A stretch of DNA of 64,000 nucleotides from Callorhinchus milii (taxonomy: Eukaryota), in assembly GCF_018977255.1 (NCBI RefSeq), contig NW_024704743.1:80788001-80852000 (forward strand), written 5' to 3'. Position numbers and translations under genes: made by a program. Numbering within the stretch: the stretch's first letter is position 1; each line of letters begins with the position of its first letter. This document shows, one piece after another, positions 12,060-24,911 of this stretch. The notes under the pieces are model-generated. The model saw only the letters and a list, made by a program, of their open reading frames with translations, did no database searches and was not told where the DNA came from.

Positions 12060-13200
12060 ATCAGTTTAAACATTCCCCCACAGCATTCTTGCAATGACAT
12101 TGGTCCCAGCCCTGCTCGGGTGTAACCCATCCCTCATGTACAGGTCCCATCTGCCCCAGAAGTGATCCCAGTAGTTTGGAAACCTGAAGCTCTCCTTCCT
12201 GCACCATTTCTCCAGCCAGGCATTCATCTGTTTGATCCTCCTAGTTTGGTATTCACTTGCATAAGGCATTGGGAGTAATCCTGAGATCACCACTATTGAA
12301 GTCCTTATCTTTAGCTTCTTCCCAAGCTTCTGATATTCTCCCAGGAGAGTATCAGCCCTTTTATCACCCAGATCATGGATTCTGACATGGACCACAACTT
12401 CAGAATTTTCCCCTTCTCCCTGTAGTATATTTTGCACCCATTCCATCATGCACCCTGGCCCCAGGGAGGCAGGATACCAGGCACAAGTCCCATCTTTTAT
12501 GGCAGAAATGCCTGTCTATCCCTTTAACTAGTGTATCCCCAATAAACAACAACATGGCATTTTTCTTCTTATCCCCCTGAACATCCATTACCTTTTGACT
12601 CTTCTCACCAGAGGCATCCTCACCGGTATTCAGTACCAAGAACCAGTTTGTGAGTAACACACTCTTAAGGGATTTCTGTACTGCCACCCCTTCTTTTTTC
12701 AATAAAAATCCCTCAAAAACAAAAAACAATAATAAATTGGTCATTTTAATCCACAACTGTTTGTGGGACGTTGCTGTGCACAATTGGCTGCTGCATTTCA
12801 CCCACAAATATACAGTCAATTCACTTTACAGTCTATTCTGTGAAGCACTTTGAGACATGAAGATGTGAAAAGCACTATATCAAATGCAAGGATTATTATT
12901 ATATTATTACTGCCTGTTCTTTTTTTGTACTACAACAGATGGTCACCCACTCATCCTTCTTCTGAGCCCTCTGTGAAGCTTGGTGACCACCTCCTGAAAA
13001 GTTCAATCCATAAATTCTTCAGGCTCCCATATCCTATATAGTGACTGTAGCCTCTCCTCAAGCTCAGCAACCCTGAGTTCAAACTCAAGCAACCAGAGGC
13101 ACTTCCTACACACATGTTTGTCCAGAACACATGAACCATCCTGGCATTCTCACATGGCACACCATGTGCATGGAACAGGTCTCAGCTGCCCTGCCAGATT
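12060..13200 (-). mobile_element. CR1 ORF1 relic (Cys-rich/coiled-coil N-terminus plus SGNH esterase-like domain)
   Basis: LFIGDTLVKG, CLPGARV, VVVHV..D, VVISGLLP, NAWLEKWC..F..WDHFWGRWDLY.RDGLH are typical CR1 ORF1 esterase motifs. A SINE fragment at about 12700-12910 interrupts it. Confidence 0.8.
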
Positions 13201-13429
13201 TTCAGACATGTTTTGTCCCAACAGTTTCAGGCTAAATAGGTAAAAACAAGTAACTTCACACCTTTTATTACATTGCTCACACTCCTTATATACTAAACAC
13301 CTATTCAATACCTCTTAACATAGGAATGTGACCTTTTGTGCAGGCTCTTGTGGGGTTTGTTTCTCCTTTACAAGTTCTCACCTGCATCAAATTCCCACTC
13401 TCATCTAATTCACAAACAGAACTCTCACT

Positions 13430-13680
13430 CTGTTTCTCCTCGTGTTCCTGGACTCTCTCTCTGTTTCTCCTCATGTTCCTGGACTCTCTCTCGGTTTCTC
13501 CTCATGGGTTCCTGGACTCTCTCTCAGTTTCTCCTCATGGGTTCCTGGACTCTCTCTCAGTTTCTCCTCATGGGTTCCTGGACTCTCTCTCAGTTTCTCC
13601 TCATGGGTTCCTGGACTCTCTCTCAGTTTCTCCTCATGATCCTGGACTCTCTCTATTTCTCCTCATGCTCCTAAACTCTC
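13430..13680. repeat. 33-bp tandem repeat (about 7 units)
   Basis: Unit ctcatgggttcctggactctctctcagtttctc gives the 11-aa periodicity seen in the ORF track. Confidence 0.9.
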
Positions 13681-14029
13681 TCTCCTCAACTGAAACTCTG
13701 CCAAGTCTTCCCCTTTATATAGAACTCAAACAAAAACATTCAGTTATGACTGGTAAGCAATTAAATTAATCTTCAACACCTGACCTATGATTAGTTGCTA
13801 ATTGACTTGTTTACCTGCTTCCATATAAGGTTGCCCCGACCTCAGCAAAGATTTTCTGCTCTTTGGCTGAATGAAAGTTTTCTCGAGCTCTCTGGTAGCT
13901 GTCTAGCTCTCTGGTAGCTTTTTGACAGTTCTCTGGTAGCTCTCTTGCTGAAGAATTCCCACTCTCATCTAATTCCCAAGCAGAATTCTCACTCTGTTCC
14001 TCCTCACGCTCCTGGGCTCTCTGCTCAAG

Positions 14030-16725
14030 GAAAGACATATAGGAAAGATAGGCAATGTGGAAAATGAGGTGGAGGGGTGGCCCTGCTAATAAAGGATGAG
14101 ATAAAAACAGTAGAAAGGATTTTAAATCAGAAAATCAGGATGTATGGGTGGAAGTAAGAAACAACAAGGGGCAGAAAACACTAGTGGGAGTAGGCCCCAA
14201 ATAACAGTTACAACAACAACAAGATTCCATTTATAGAGCGCCTTTCACGTCGGGAGGACGTCCCAAGTTACAGTATTGGGCACGGTATTAATCAGGAAAT
14301 TAGAGAAGCATGTAGCAAGGGGAATACACTAATAGTGGATGATTTCAATCTTCGTATCGACTGGGAAAACCAAATTGGCAAAAGTAAATTAGAGGATGAG
14401 TTTATAGAATGCATTAGAGATGGTTTTCTAGAACATTATGCTGAGGAACCAACCAGAGAACAGGCAATCCTAGATCTTGTTTCATGTAATGAAATAGAGC
14501 TAGTCAGCAATTTGGAAGCTAGGGCAGAGTGACCATAACATGATGGAATTTAAAATTAAGTTAGAGAAGCAAGGGTCTTAAATCTAAATAAAGCCAACTT
14601 TGCATTTGGCTAAAATAGACTCAGAAATTAGATTAAAAAATATGACGGTAGACCAACAATGGCAAACATTTAAAGATATAATACATAATTCCCAGTGATC
14701 ACATATTCCCCTAAAAAATTAAAATACCACGGGAAAAGTGGTTTAACTTTGGCTAACTAGAGAAGTTAGGGAAAGTATAAACTTAAAAGAAGAGGCCTAT
14801 AATATTGCCAAAAAAGAGCTGTAAACCTGAGGATTGGAAGGGCTTTAGAGAACAGCGAAGGAAAACCAAGAAACTGATTAAGAGGGATAAAATGGAATAT
14901 GAGGGTAAACTAGCCTAGGAACATAAAGACAGATTGTAAGAGTTTTTCCAAGTACATAAAGAGGCAGAGATAGGAGAAATTGTAATGGGGAATAAGGAAA
15001 TGGCAGAGTCATTAAACAAATATTTTGCTTCTGTCTTCACGTTAGAAAACACTGAAAACTTACCGAAAATAGAGGGGAACCTGGAGGATAATGTTAATGA
15101 AGAACTTAAAGAAATGAACATCAGTAAAACAATAGTATTAGAGAAAATGATAGGATTAAAAAACAATAAATCCCCTGGACCTGATGGCTGCATCCTATGG
15201 TTTTAAAAGAGGTGGCTGCAGAGATAGTGGATGCTTTGTTTTTGATCTTCCAAAATTCCCTGGATTCTGGAATGGTTCCCATTGATTGGAACGTCACAAA
15301 TGTAACACCGCTATTTAAGAAGGGTGGGAGACAAAAAATGGGGAACTATAGACCAGTTAGTTTGACTTCGGTGGTAGGGAAAATTCTAGAGTTCTTAATT
15401 AGGGACATCGTCGTGGGGCACTTAAAAAATCATAACATGATTAGGCAGAATCAACATGGCTTTATGAAAGGGAAATCATGTTTAACAAATCTTATAGAGT
15501 TTTTTGAGGATGTAACTAGCAGGTTAGATAGGGGGAAACCAGTAGATGTGATGTATTTGGATTTCCAGAAGGCATGGGACAAGGTGCCACTTACAAAGCT
15601 GTTGCATAAGATTAGAGCCCATGGAATTAAAGGTAATATATTACCATGGATTGGAGAGTGGCTAACAGGAAGAAAACAGAGAGTAGGGATAAACGGGTCC
15701 TTCTCAGATTGGCAGGATGTGACCAATGATCAGTGCTTAGGCCTCAATTATTTACAGTCTATATCAATGATTTTGATGAGAAAATAGAACTTAACATATC
15801 TAAATTTGCGGATGATATGAAAATAGGTGAGAGAGTAAGCTGTGAGGATGACACAATAAGAATGCAAACGGAAATAGACAGGCTAGGTGAGTGGGCAAGA
15901 AGGTGTCAGATGGAGCATAATGTGGGGAAGTGTGAAGTCATTCACCTAGGTAGTAAAAATAGAAAAGCGAATTATTTTCTAGAGGGGGAGAGACAAAGTA
16001 GTGTTAATGTTCAGAGGGATTTGGGCGTCCTTGTAAACCAGTCACAAAAAGTTAATATGCAGGTACAGCAAACAACTAGGAAGGCTAATGCCATGTTGGT
16101 GTTCGTTGCAAAAGGGTAAGAGTACAAGAGTAGGGAAGTCTTGCTGCAGTTGTATAAGACCTTAGTGAGACCGCACCTAGAATATTGTATGCAGTTTTGG
16201 TCTCCTTATTTAAGTAAGAATATACTCGTCTTAGAGGGGGTGCAGCGTAGATTTACAAGGTTGTTTCCTGGGATGAGGGGGTTGACCTATGAGGAGAGGT
16301 TGAGTAGACTAGGCCTATATTCTCTAGAATATAGAAGAATTAGGGGTGATCATAGAGAAACCTATAAGAATCTTAAGGGTCTTGACAGGGTAGATGCCGT
16401 GAGACTGTTTCCCCTGGTTGGAGAATCTAAAACTAGGAGTCAGAGTATCAAGATTAAGGTCAGCCTTTTCAAACTGAGTTGAGGAAACATTTCTTCACTC
16501 AGACGGTAGTGAATTTGTGGAATTCTCTACCCCAGAAGGCTGTGGATGCTCAGTCCTTGAACATATTCAAGACTGAGGTTGATAGATTTCTAAAGGATAG
16601 AGGGATTAAGGGATATGGGTATAGGGCGGGTAAATGGAATTAGGTTAGAAGATAAGCCATGATATTATTAAATGGAGGGGCAGGCTCAAGGGGCCGAATG
16701 GCCTACTCCTGCTCCTAAGTCTTAT
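14030..16725 (+). mobile_element. CR1 LINE ORF2 (partial EN plus RT) with 3' end, a second family
   Basis: DFNLRIDW, KSPGPDG, NYRPVSLTSVVGK, QHGFMKGKSCLTNL, YLDFQKAWDKVP, KFADDMK; 3' end gggccgaatggcctactcctgctcc...ttatg. Confidence 0.92.
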
Positions 16726-16980
16726 GGAATGGGGTTCCAGAGGGTGGGTGCAGAGAGGTGGAAGGCCCACCTGCCGATAGTGGGGCAAGCAAGGAGGGGG
16801 ACGTGAAGCAGGCCGGAGCCCGCTGAGTGGAGGAAGCAAACAGGATAGTAGGGGGTTAGGAGGTCTGAGAGGTAGGGGGGAGCAAGACCATGGCGGGCTT
16901 TGAAGGTGAGGACCAGGATCTTGAACTGTATCCTCTGTGTGATGGGAAGCCAGTGGAGTTGAGCAAGGATGGGGGTGATA
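16726..16980 (-). mobile_element. L2 fragment
   Basis: LHWLPITQRIQFKILVLTFKA.HGLAPPYLSDLL peptide. Confidence 0.8.
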
Positions 16981-17024
16981 GTTTGTGTAAAAACCTGAAA
17001 CCTCACTGTATTCTTTGATTGTAG

Positions 17025-17223
<199 letters not shown>

Positions 17224-17711
17224 TAAACGTTGGTTATTTTTGGTTAATTTGTTTATTATTTCTCTCCAGTGCACACCTTTATGTAAATCTGTCCATAAAA
17301 ATAATCCTTGCATTTGATATAGTGCCTTATCACATCTTTCCGATGTCTCAAAGTGCTTCCCAGAATATACTGTAAAGTGAATTGACTATATATTTTGTGG
17401 GAGAAACGAGGCAGCCAATTGCACCCAGCAGTTTTCCAAAAACAGTCATGGATTGAATGATCAAATTATTATTTTAAATCCAGTATTTATCTATTTACCT
17501 TTTAAATTCTTTAATTGACTGCCTCCTCTCCCCTCGGGGAATGAATTCTACTCTCCCACCACCAACTGCATAAACAATGCTTCCTTATTTCACTGTACAG
17601 TTTAGTCTCAAATTTAAGTTTACAGCCTTCAATCCTTAATTCTCTCGCCAGAGGGAATAGTTGCCCACTATTCAGCACTTTAAATCCTTTTATAATTTAT
17701 ACACCTCAATC

Positions 17712-18221
17712 CTCTGGGGGATGGGAAGCTAGTGGAGGCAAGCGAGGGTGGGAGTGATGTGGTCACGAAGCCTGGTGCGGGACAGTAACACGAGCTGCAG
17801 AGTTCTGAATGACCTGCAGCTTGTGGAGGGAGGTGCCGGGAAGGCCGGCGAGGAGAGAGTTCCCATAGTCCAGCCTTGAGGTGATAAAGGCGTGGACCAG
17901 AGTTTCAGCAGCGTGAGGGGTGAGGTAGTGCCGTAGTCTAGCGATGTTTCGGAGGTGATGGAAGGCGGTGCCAGTTGTGGCGCGGATATGAGGAAGAAAG
18001 GACAGCTCAGGGTCGAACAGAACCCCAAGGTTCCTGACCGGCTTTGAGAGGTGGAGAGTGCAGCCTTGGATGCTGATGCTGTCGGCTCCTGAGGTGCGGA
18101 GGCGCTGACGCGAGCCAATCAGGAGGGCCTCAGTTTTACGCACGTTGAGCTGAAGAAAGTTGTCTCTCGTCCAGGACTCGATGTCAGACAGGCAGGCTGT
18201 CAGGACATCGGTGGTCGTGGA
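17712..18221 (-). mobile_element. L2 ORF2 fragment
   Basis: [51 protein letters not shown]. Confidence 0.85.
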
Positions 18222-19740
18222 GTAGCGGGGCTCCAGGCACAGCCTCAGGCAGCTACACACAAAAGTGGCCATGAGGATCAGGACTAAGTAAGGGACCCAT
18301 TTCCACACCTTTTCCAGAGTTTTGTGCATCGTGTCTCTGCGGACATGATCCATCTTGGACTCCCACATCAGTTGAAAGACCTCTCTGGTGACTGCAGTGG
18401 CATTGTTCCTGGTCAAAGGCCAGACCTGGGCCACGTTCAATAACACCAAGAGGGCCTCACACTTTATCACCAGATTTTTCTCAGTGATGGACAGAGAGTG
18501 CTGGTGCCACATCACCAGTTTCTTCCTCACTACACACTCCACCCAGCTTTTTTGGCACTCCTGGGCATCCCCAAACCAGATTCCAAGAACTTTGATGAAG
18601 TCTGGCATCACCGCAGAAAGTATGAGACTGCGTTCTTTCCTGTCTCCAGAATACATCACTTGGCTTTCCTGGTGGTTTTCCTTGGCTCTCGAGGCTTGTT
18701 CAAACTGGTTGCAAATGCCTAGCAGGCTGAAGACTGATTGTTTGTCTGTGCAAAAGACAGTGACATCATCCATATAAATGGAGGCCTTGGCTTGTGTGCC
18801 GTAGCTGCCCGGGATGGTGACACCTCTGATGCTCTCGTCCCTCCTGATGGCCTGTGCAAAGTGTTCAATACAGCAGACAAACAGGGTGAGGGATAGGGGA
18901 CAGCCCTGCCTTACTCCCGACCTGATGGGGAACAGCTCATACCCGTTGACTGTGACTGGGCTATAGATGTCTGTGTAGAGCAGTCGGATCCACTTGCATA
19001 TTCTCTCCCCGAATCCCATTTTGGAGAGTACCTCATCCATGTAGCTGTGAGATACCCTGTCAAAGGCTTTCTCCTGATCAAGGCTTACCAGGCAGGCCTT
19101 CACCGCCCACTGTCCTGCATGTAGGCGATGGTATCCCTGAGCCACGCAAGGCTGTCTGAGATCCTTCAACCCAGAACAATGTAGGTCTGGTCTCGGTGTA
19201 TTACCCGCCAGAGGACAGTCTTTACCTGCTCGAAGATCACTTCGTCAGGATCTTACAATGCACAATCAGGAGCGAGATCGGTCACCAATTCTTTATCTCC
19301 TCCTTCTCCCCCTTTTGTTTGTACAGTAGGGAGAGGATGCCTTTCCTCATAGACTCTGCCCTGGTCCCTGCTAGCAGCATGTTATTGTCTGCCTCCAGCA
19401 GGTTCGGGCCCATCACATCCCACAGAGCCAAGTAGAGCTCCTCAGGGAGGCCGTTGGCTCCGGGGGTCTTACTGGTCTGAAGGGCTCTTGTGGCCCTGGT
19501 CAGTTCATCTAGGGAGAGAGGCCTGTGTCAATGCTCCCGGCTCTCCTCATCCAGCACCTCGGTGAGGGCAGAAAGGAAATCCCGGGAGGCCATGGTCTCT
19601 GTGGGTTTCTCACAGTACAGGTCGGCGTAAAAGGATCTAGTGATCCCTGCATACTGGCCTGCTCCGCGTGCACCAAATCCATTTCGTCCCTCAGCCCAGT
19701 GATAAGAGTTATCTGTTCGCTTTCTGAAAGAAGAAGCATG
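18222..19740 (-). mobile_element. Tx1/L1-clade LINE RT fragment
   Basis: SLDQEKAFDRVSH, GVRQGCPLS..LF...IE, YMDDVTVF, IKVLGIWF; upstream K.PGANGLPEELY motif. Confidence 0.85.
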
Positions 19741-19944
19741 AGCATGTCTCATCCTGTTCTATCATATGCACCTCAGTTAATCATCTTCAGGGTAGGAGCC
19801 GAAGGTCAGCATACAACCTTGGAATTCCTGTTTGGCTACCGCCCTCCCACTTTTCAAACTCCACATCTGCTCCATTATTAATACTTTTTCCAGAATATTT
19901 TCTACTTACGCCTTAACCTCACCTCCTTACTGAAATCCTTATTA

Positions 19945-20152
19945 CTTCAGCCTGGCACAGTGGAAGCACTCTCACCTCTGAATCAGAAGGTTGTGGGTTC
20001 AAGCTCACATCAGGACTTGGAATCACATATTCAAAGCTAACACTCCAACACAGTGCTGTGGTTCTGTTGTATTGTTGGAGGTGCTTTCCTTTGGATGAGA
20101 TGTTAAAACAAAGTGCTGTCTGCCTGTTCAGGTGGACGTTAAACATCCCACT
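19945..20152 (+). mobile_element. DeuSINE/SacSINE1-like SINE fragment
   Basis: tRNA-like head gcactctcacctctgaatcagaaggttgtgggttcaag followed by ggatgagatgttaaa...gtctgcctgttcaggtggacgttaaa.atccca, recalled as the Deu domain. Other copies at about 22150-22320, 24960-25200, 54520-54925 and 60235-60490. Confidence 0.65.
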
Positions 20153-20617
20153 ACGTCTGCGATCTCCTAACCCCCTACCACCCTGCCTGCTCCCTCTTGG
20201 CTCAGTGGGCTCCAGTCTACTTCACATCCCCCACCTCGCATGCCCCACCATTGGCAGGCGGGCAATCTGCCACTCTGCCCCCACCCTCTGGAACTCCATC
20301 CCATAGTCCCTCCACCTCATCCCCTCCCTTGCCTCCTTCAAGACCCATCTAAAAACCCTCCACTTTGACTGTGCTTTCGATCACCCTGTTTCCCCCACTG
20401 CCCTCCACCCACCCCGACCCCCATCTCGGGGTTCGAAACTCTGTCTGTCCAGCACCTTGGGATATCATCCCAACAAGAAAGGCGCCATACAAATGTAATT
20501 TTGTTGTTGTTGTGTGTGTCAACTTTTGCATGTCAGCATTAGCTAACTCATATACTGCAGTTCACATCTTGTAATATTAATTACAAATGAAAGTTGAGTT
20601 CTCTGTATCATATAGTT

Positions 20618-20938
20618 ATAATAATAATAATAATCCTTGCATTTGATATAGCGCTTTTCACGTCTTCTAGACGTCCCAAAGTGCTTCACAGAATATACTG
20701 TAAAGTGAATTGACTGTATTTTTGTGGACGAACGCGGCAGCCAATTGCGCACAGCAGTGTCGCACAAACAGTCATGGATTGAAAATGACCAATTTATTAT
20801 TGTTTTTGTTTTTTGGAGGGATTATTATTAGGCGTGTGGTGTAAGGAAACTTGCCCAAGGTTTCGCCCTGCCTGGAATTGAACTCAGAGCTCTTGCTTGC
20901 AAAGCGAGTACTCTTACCATTGAGCTACAGGACTCCAT
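20618..20938 (-). mobile_element. tRNA-derived SINE, full length
   Basis: Same family as 3934-4237. Confidence 0.92.
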
Positions 20939-21069
20939 GACTACAGGATTAGTTTGATTTTAATTCCCTCCCTTTAGTTCTGAAATGTATGAAAAAGACA
21001 ATTTCTTGCTTTCTACGACAAATGATCCTGATCACGGCTATATTTTGATCATTATCTTCTTGGATATTC

Positions 21070-21900
21070 AACAATAACAACAATTTACACTTATATAGCT
21101 CCCTCCACGCAGGGTAACATCGCCGAGAGCTTAACGATAGTGGAGCCTGACGCTGAGCTGGGGGGAGGAGGGAGGTGGCCATAAGCACGGTCAAAGAGAA
21201 AAGTTTTCAGGTGGGACTTGAAAGTGGGAAGAGAGGGGCCAAGGCAGAGGGATTCAGAGAGAATGTTCCAGAGTTTTGGGGCTTAGTTGCTGAAAGCGCG
21301 ACCTCCAATAGTGTGGTGGAGAGTGCGAAGGACGAGCAGGGAGGCTGGTGCCAGTTGAGGGAAGGTGCCAGGTGGTGGATTGGGGAGTGAGGAGGTTGGA
21401 GAGGTAGGGAGGTGGCAGGGAGTGAAGGGATTTGAACACGAGTGTGAGGATCTTGAAGTCGATTCGTTTGGTGATGGGGGGGCCAGTAGAGCCTAGCCAG
21501 AACTGGTGAGATGTGGGTTCGGAGTTTGGGCCGGGCGGCAGAGTTCTGAATGACCTGGATCGTTTGAATAGTGGAGCGGGGAGACCGGCAAGGAGTGAGT
21601 TTGAGTAATCCAAGTGGGAGGTGACAAACGCATGCACGAGGGGTTCGGCTGCATTTGAGGTAAAGTATGGACAGAGGCGGGCAATGTGGTGGAGGTGGAA
21701 GAAGGCGGTCCTGGTCAGGAACTGGATGTGGGGAAGGAAGGACAGCTGGGGGTTGAACTGGATGCCTAGTTTGCGCACTGGTTCGGTGAGTCTGAGGGAG
21801 AGCCCTGGGAGTTTGAAGAGTTTAGATCCGCAGGAGTGAAGGTGTTGATGGGAGCCAAGAAGTATGGCTTCCAGCTTGTCCATTTTCAATTGCATGGTGA
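21070..21900 (-). mobile_element. L2 3' fragment
   Basis: ORF 21254-21913 carries L2 ORF2 C-terminal motifs and an L2 tail. Confidence 0.85.
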
Positions 21901-22849
21901 TAAATTTCTGCATGTTTTAGACTCAGCTGACCACAAACGTATCACTGGCATAGAGACTGATCCATAAAAGTAACATTCTAAATTGATTTTAGACTGTCTG
22001 ATTCAGAGAGTTACCACATGAGTCAGGCTGATGCCAGCATTTTTCCAAATTTCCACATTACATCTGCTTGGAAGATGAATCTTACTCATTATATTAAAAA
22101 TGTTAGTAACATTGAATCATCTTAACTCATTTTATTGGGAATTACTGTCAAGTGTGAACTTGAAACGTAACACAGAAGCCAAGTTGCGCACATTAACTTC
22201 CCACAGACAGCCATGAAGTAAGTGAATGACCAATTTTATCTGAAAGGACACTGAAACAAAGTCCCTTTTCCTTTTGAGGAGTGTCATCGGATTTTTGACA
22301 TCCACCTGAAACATCCAGACATTAATTCGGATTAATGACTTATACCATATGGGTACTAAGTCCCAACTGACCCAGCATACATTTTTAGGATGATCAAAGA
22401 AGTGTATAATGAAAGGCAACAGTATCAAGAGTCCAAAAAGTACAGTATTAAATGATAGGTTCAACGCTTCAAATTATTTAAATGGAAATAGATAAATCGG
22501 GAGGTGGGAGTGCGAGGGGAAAGATGACCGAAAGCAAGGTCAAAGTTGTAAAGCTTTGAAAATGGGGAGGATGCGGTGAATTGGACTGACTCCAGGATAG
22601 AATATTGCTGATAGTGGGGATATAATGGGAAATACGAAAGTACTGCATTTATTTTAATAATAGTCTAGTGAGCGGATAAAATAAATGAAACAAAGAAGAA
22701 ATTGTTTTTCTTGGTCTACGTTATATGTGCAGCTGGTGTCCTTCAAATAGGTTCAGCGGCAAAAGTACAAAACCATGTTAATATTCTCAGACAGGAATGT
22801 GGATCAGTGGGAGATTAAGAGATAACATTAACTGAATAGCTCCAATGAA

Positions 22850-23465
22850 AACAACAACAAATTACATTTGTATAGTGCCTTTCATGTCAGGAGGACATCC
22901 CAAAGCGCTAGACAGTCAGGGATCCGCACCCGAGCTGGTGGTTGGGATCAGGAGGGGTGAAAGGCGGGGAGGGGTTGCAGGATAATCGAAGGCACGGTCA
23001 AAGAGGAGGATCTTGAAGGAGGCAAGGGAGGGGGCGAGGTGGAGGGACTGTGGGATGGAGTTCCAGAGGGTGAGGGTAAAGAGGCTGAAGGCCCACCCAT
23101 CAAAGGTGGGGTGGGCAAGGCAGGGTACATGAAGCAGGCCAGAGCCAACTGAGCAGAGGGAGCAAACAGGTTGGTAGAGGGTTAGGAGGTTACAGAGATA
23201 GGGAGGGGAAAGGCCATGGAGGGCTTTGAAGGTGAGAACCAGGATCCTGAACTGTTTCCTCTGACTGGTGGAGAGCCAATGAGACAGCGAGGATGGGGGT
23301 GCTAGGGTTGTGGAGCCTGGGGTGGGAGAAGACACAGGCTGCAGAGTTCTGGATGATCTGCAGCCTGTGGAGGAAGGAGCTGGGGAGGCTGACAAGTAGG
23401 GAGTTTGTGTAGTTGAGCCTGGATGTGATGAATGTGTGGATGAGGATCTCGGCAGCCTACGGTGC
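22850..23465 (-). mobile_element. L2 3' fragment
   Basis: FRILVLTFKALHGLSPPYL...LWNSIPQSL and a (GTT)n tail. Confidence 0.85.
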
Positions 23466-24424
23466 AATTTTGAACAGGTTTATACAATATAATCACTGAA
23501 ATATAGAAATTTAAAGCACAGAAGAAAGACCATTGTTTCTGTATTGGCTCTTTTAAGAGCATTTCTTTCAGTCCCATTTACCTGCTCTTTCCGATAACCT
23601 TGTAGCTTGTCCAACGTTTTGCTCTGCTACGAATCGAACAGAGGTCTCTTGCTTGCGAGGCAAGTGCTCTAAGCACTGAGCTACAGGAAATGCCTGCTCC
23701 ATATGAATTTTATGGAAAATATACCAATTATTAGACAGGAAGTAGGAATAAATAAATCCTTTAATCTGAACCCAGATAGTAAAGATGTTATCCTAGGAAT
23801 GGCTCTTCCAAATGCATATTAGACTCTTTAAAGATGGAAAATGAATTATTTATATCTGGGGACTTCTACATCTGAAGTGTGTGTATCTCATCTGAAATCA
23901 TTCAATGATTCATTAAATCTTATTTATCTGTTTGGTCAGGATGTTTGGTTCTGCATTCAAACACGCGTAATTCTTCGGATAATCTTTTTCAAAGTCAAAA
24001 TTCCAAATTCTGATTCATTACCACCATGTTTGAAGGGAATTATTGTTGAGGCCTGTGGTGGCCAACAGGCTGGTGCTCAGCCTACAAAATAAATGTTTTT
24101 GATTGAATATTTCTTGATTTATGCCATGTCAGAGGTGCCATACTTTGGATGAAACATTAAATCAAGGTCCCATTTGTCTATTCAAGTGGACCTTGGGCAT
24201 TTTGAGACATCTTAAGAAGGTGCTACACCAAGTACTAGTATCGTGGGCTGTCACATTTCAAAACCACACTGAGGAACTTAGTAAACTATTTGTGAATAAT
24301 TAATTTCTTTCTGGGGTTTTTTATGTTCTGGACATATACCTCTGACCAATACCGCTGGAAAATGCAGCTTTAGCTTGTGACGCAAAGGCATCTCTATTAG
24401 TAATTATTAATAATATTATTATTC

Positions 24425-24911
24425 ATTCAAAACTCTTCCGCCTGCATACTGACCCGGACCAAACTCCGTACCCACATCTCACAAGTTCTGGCCAGGCTCC
24501 ACTGGCTCCCCATCACCAAACGGATCGACTTCAAGATCCTCACACTCGTGTTCAAATCCCTTCACTCTCTGGCACCTCCCTACCTCTCCAACTTCCTCAC
24601 TCCCCAATCCACCACCCGGCGCCTCCACTGGACTGGCACCGGGCTCCTGCTTTTCCCTCGCACCCTCCGCCCCACCATTGGAGGCCATGTTTTCAGCTAC
24701 TATGCCCCAAAACTCTGGAACACTTTCCCTCAATCCCTCCGCCTTGGCTCCTCGCTCCCCTCTTTCAAGTCCCACCTGAAACCATTTCTCTTTGACTGTG
24801 CTTATGGCCATTACCCTCCCCCCCAGCTTAGAGTCAGGCTCCGCCACTGTTAAACGCTCTGAGACATTAACCTGTATGGAGGGCGCTGTGTAAGTGCAAG
24901 TTGTTGTTGTT
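24425..24911 (+). mobile_element. L2 3' fragment
   Basis: FKSLHSLAPPYLS...YAPKLWNTFPQSLR; tail gcaagttgttgttgtt. Confidence 0.85.

Noticed and set aside
13430..13680. 33-bp repeats as a CRISPR array or repeat protein
   Set aside because: Units are head-to-tail with no unique spacers, the context is eukaryotic, and there is no coding evidence.
23850..24100. Minus-strand acceptor-like site (ttattttgtag) before unique sequence
   Set aside because: All three frames stop within about 25 codons and I recognise no homology. A non-coding exon cannot be excluded.
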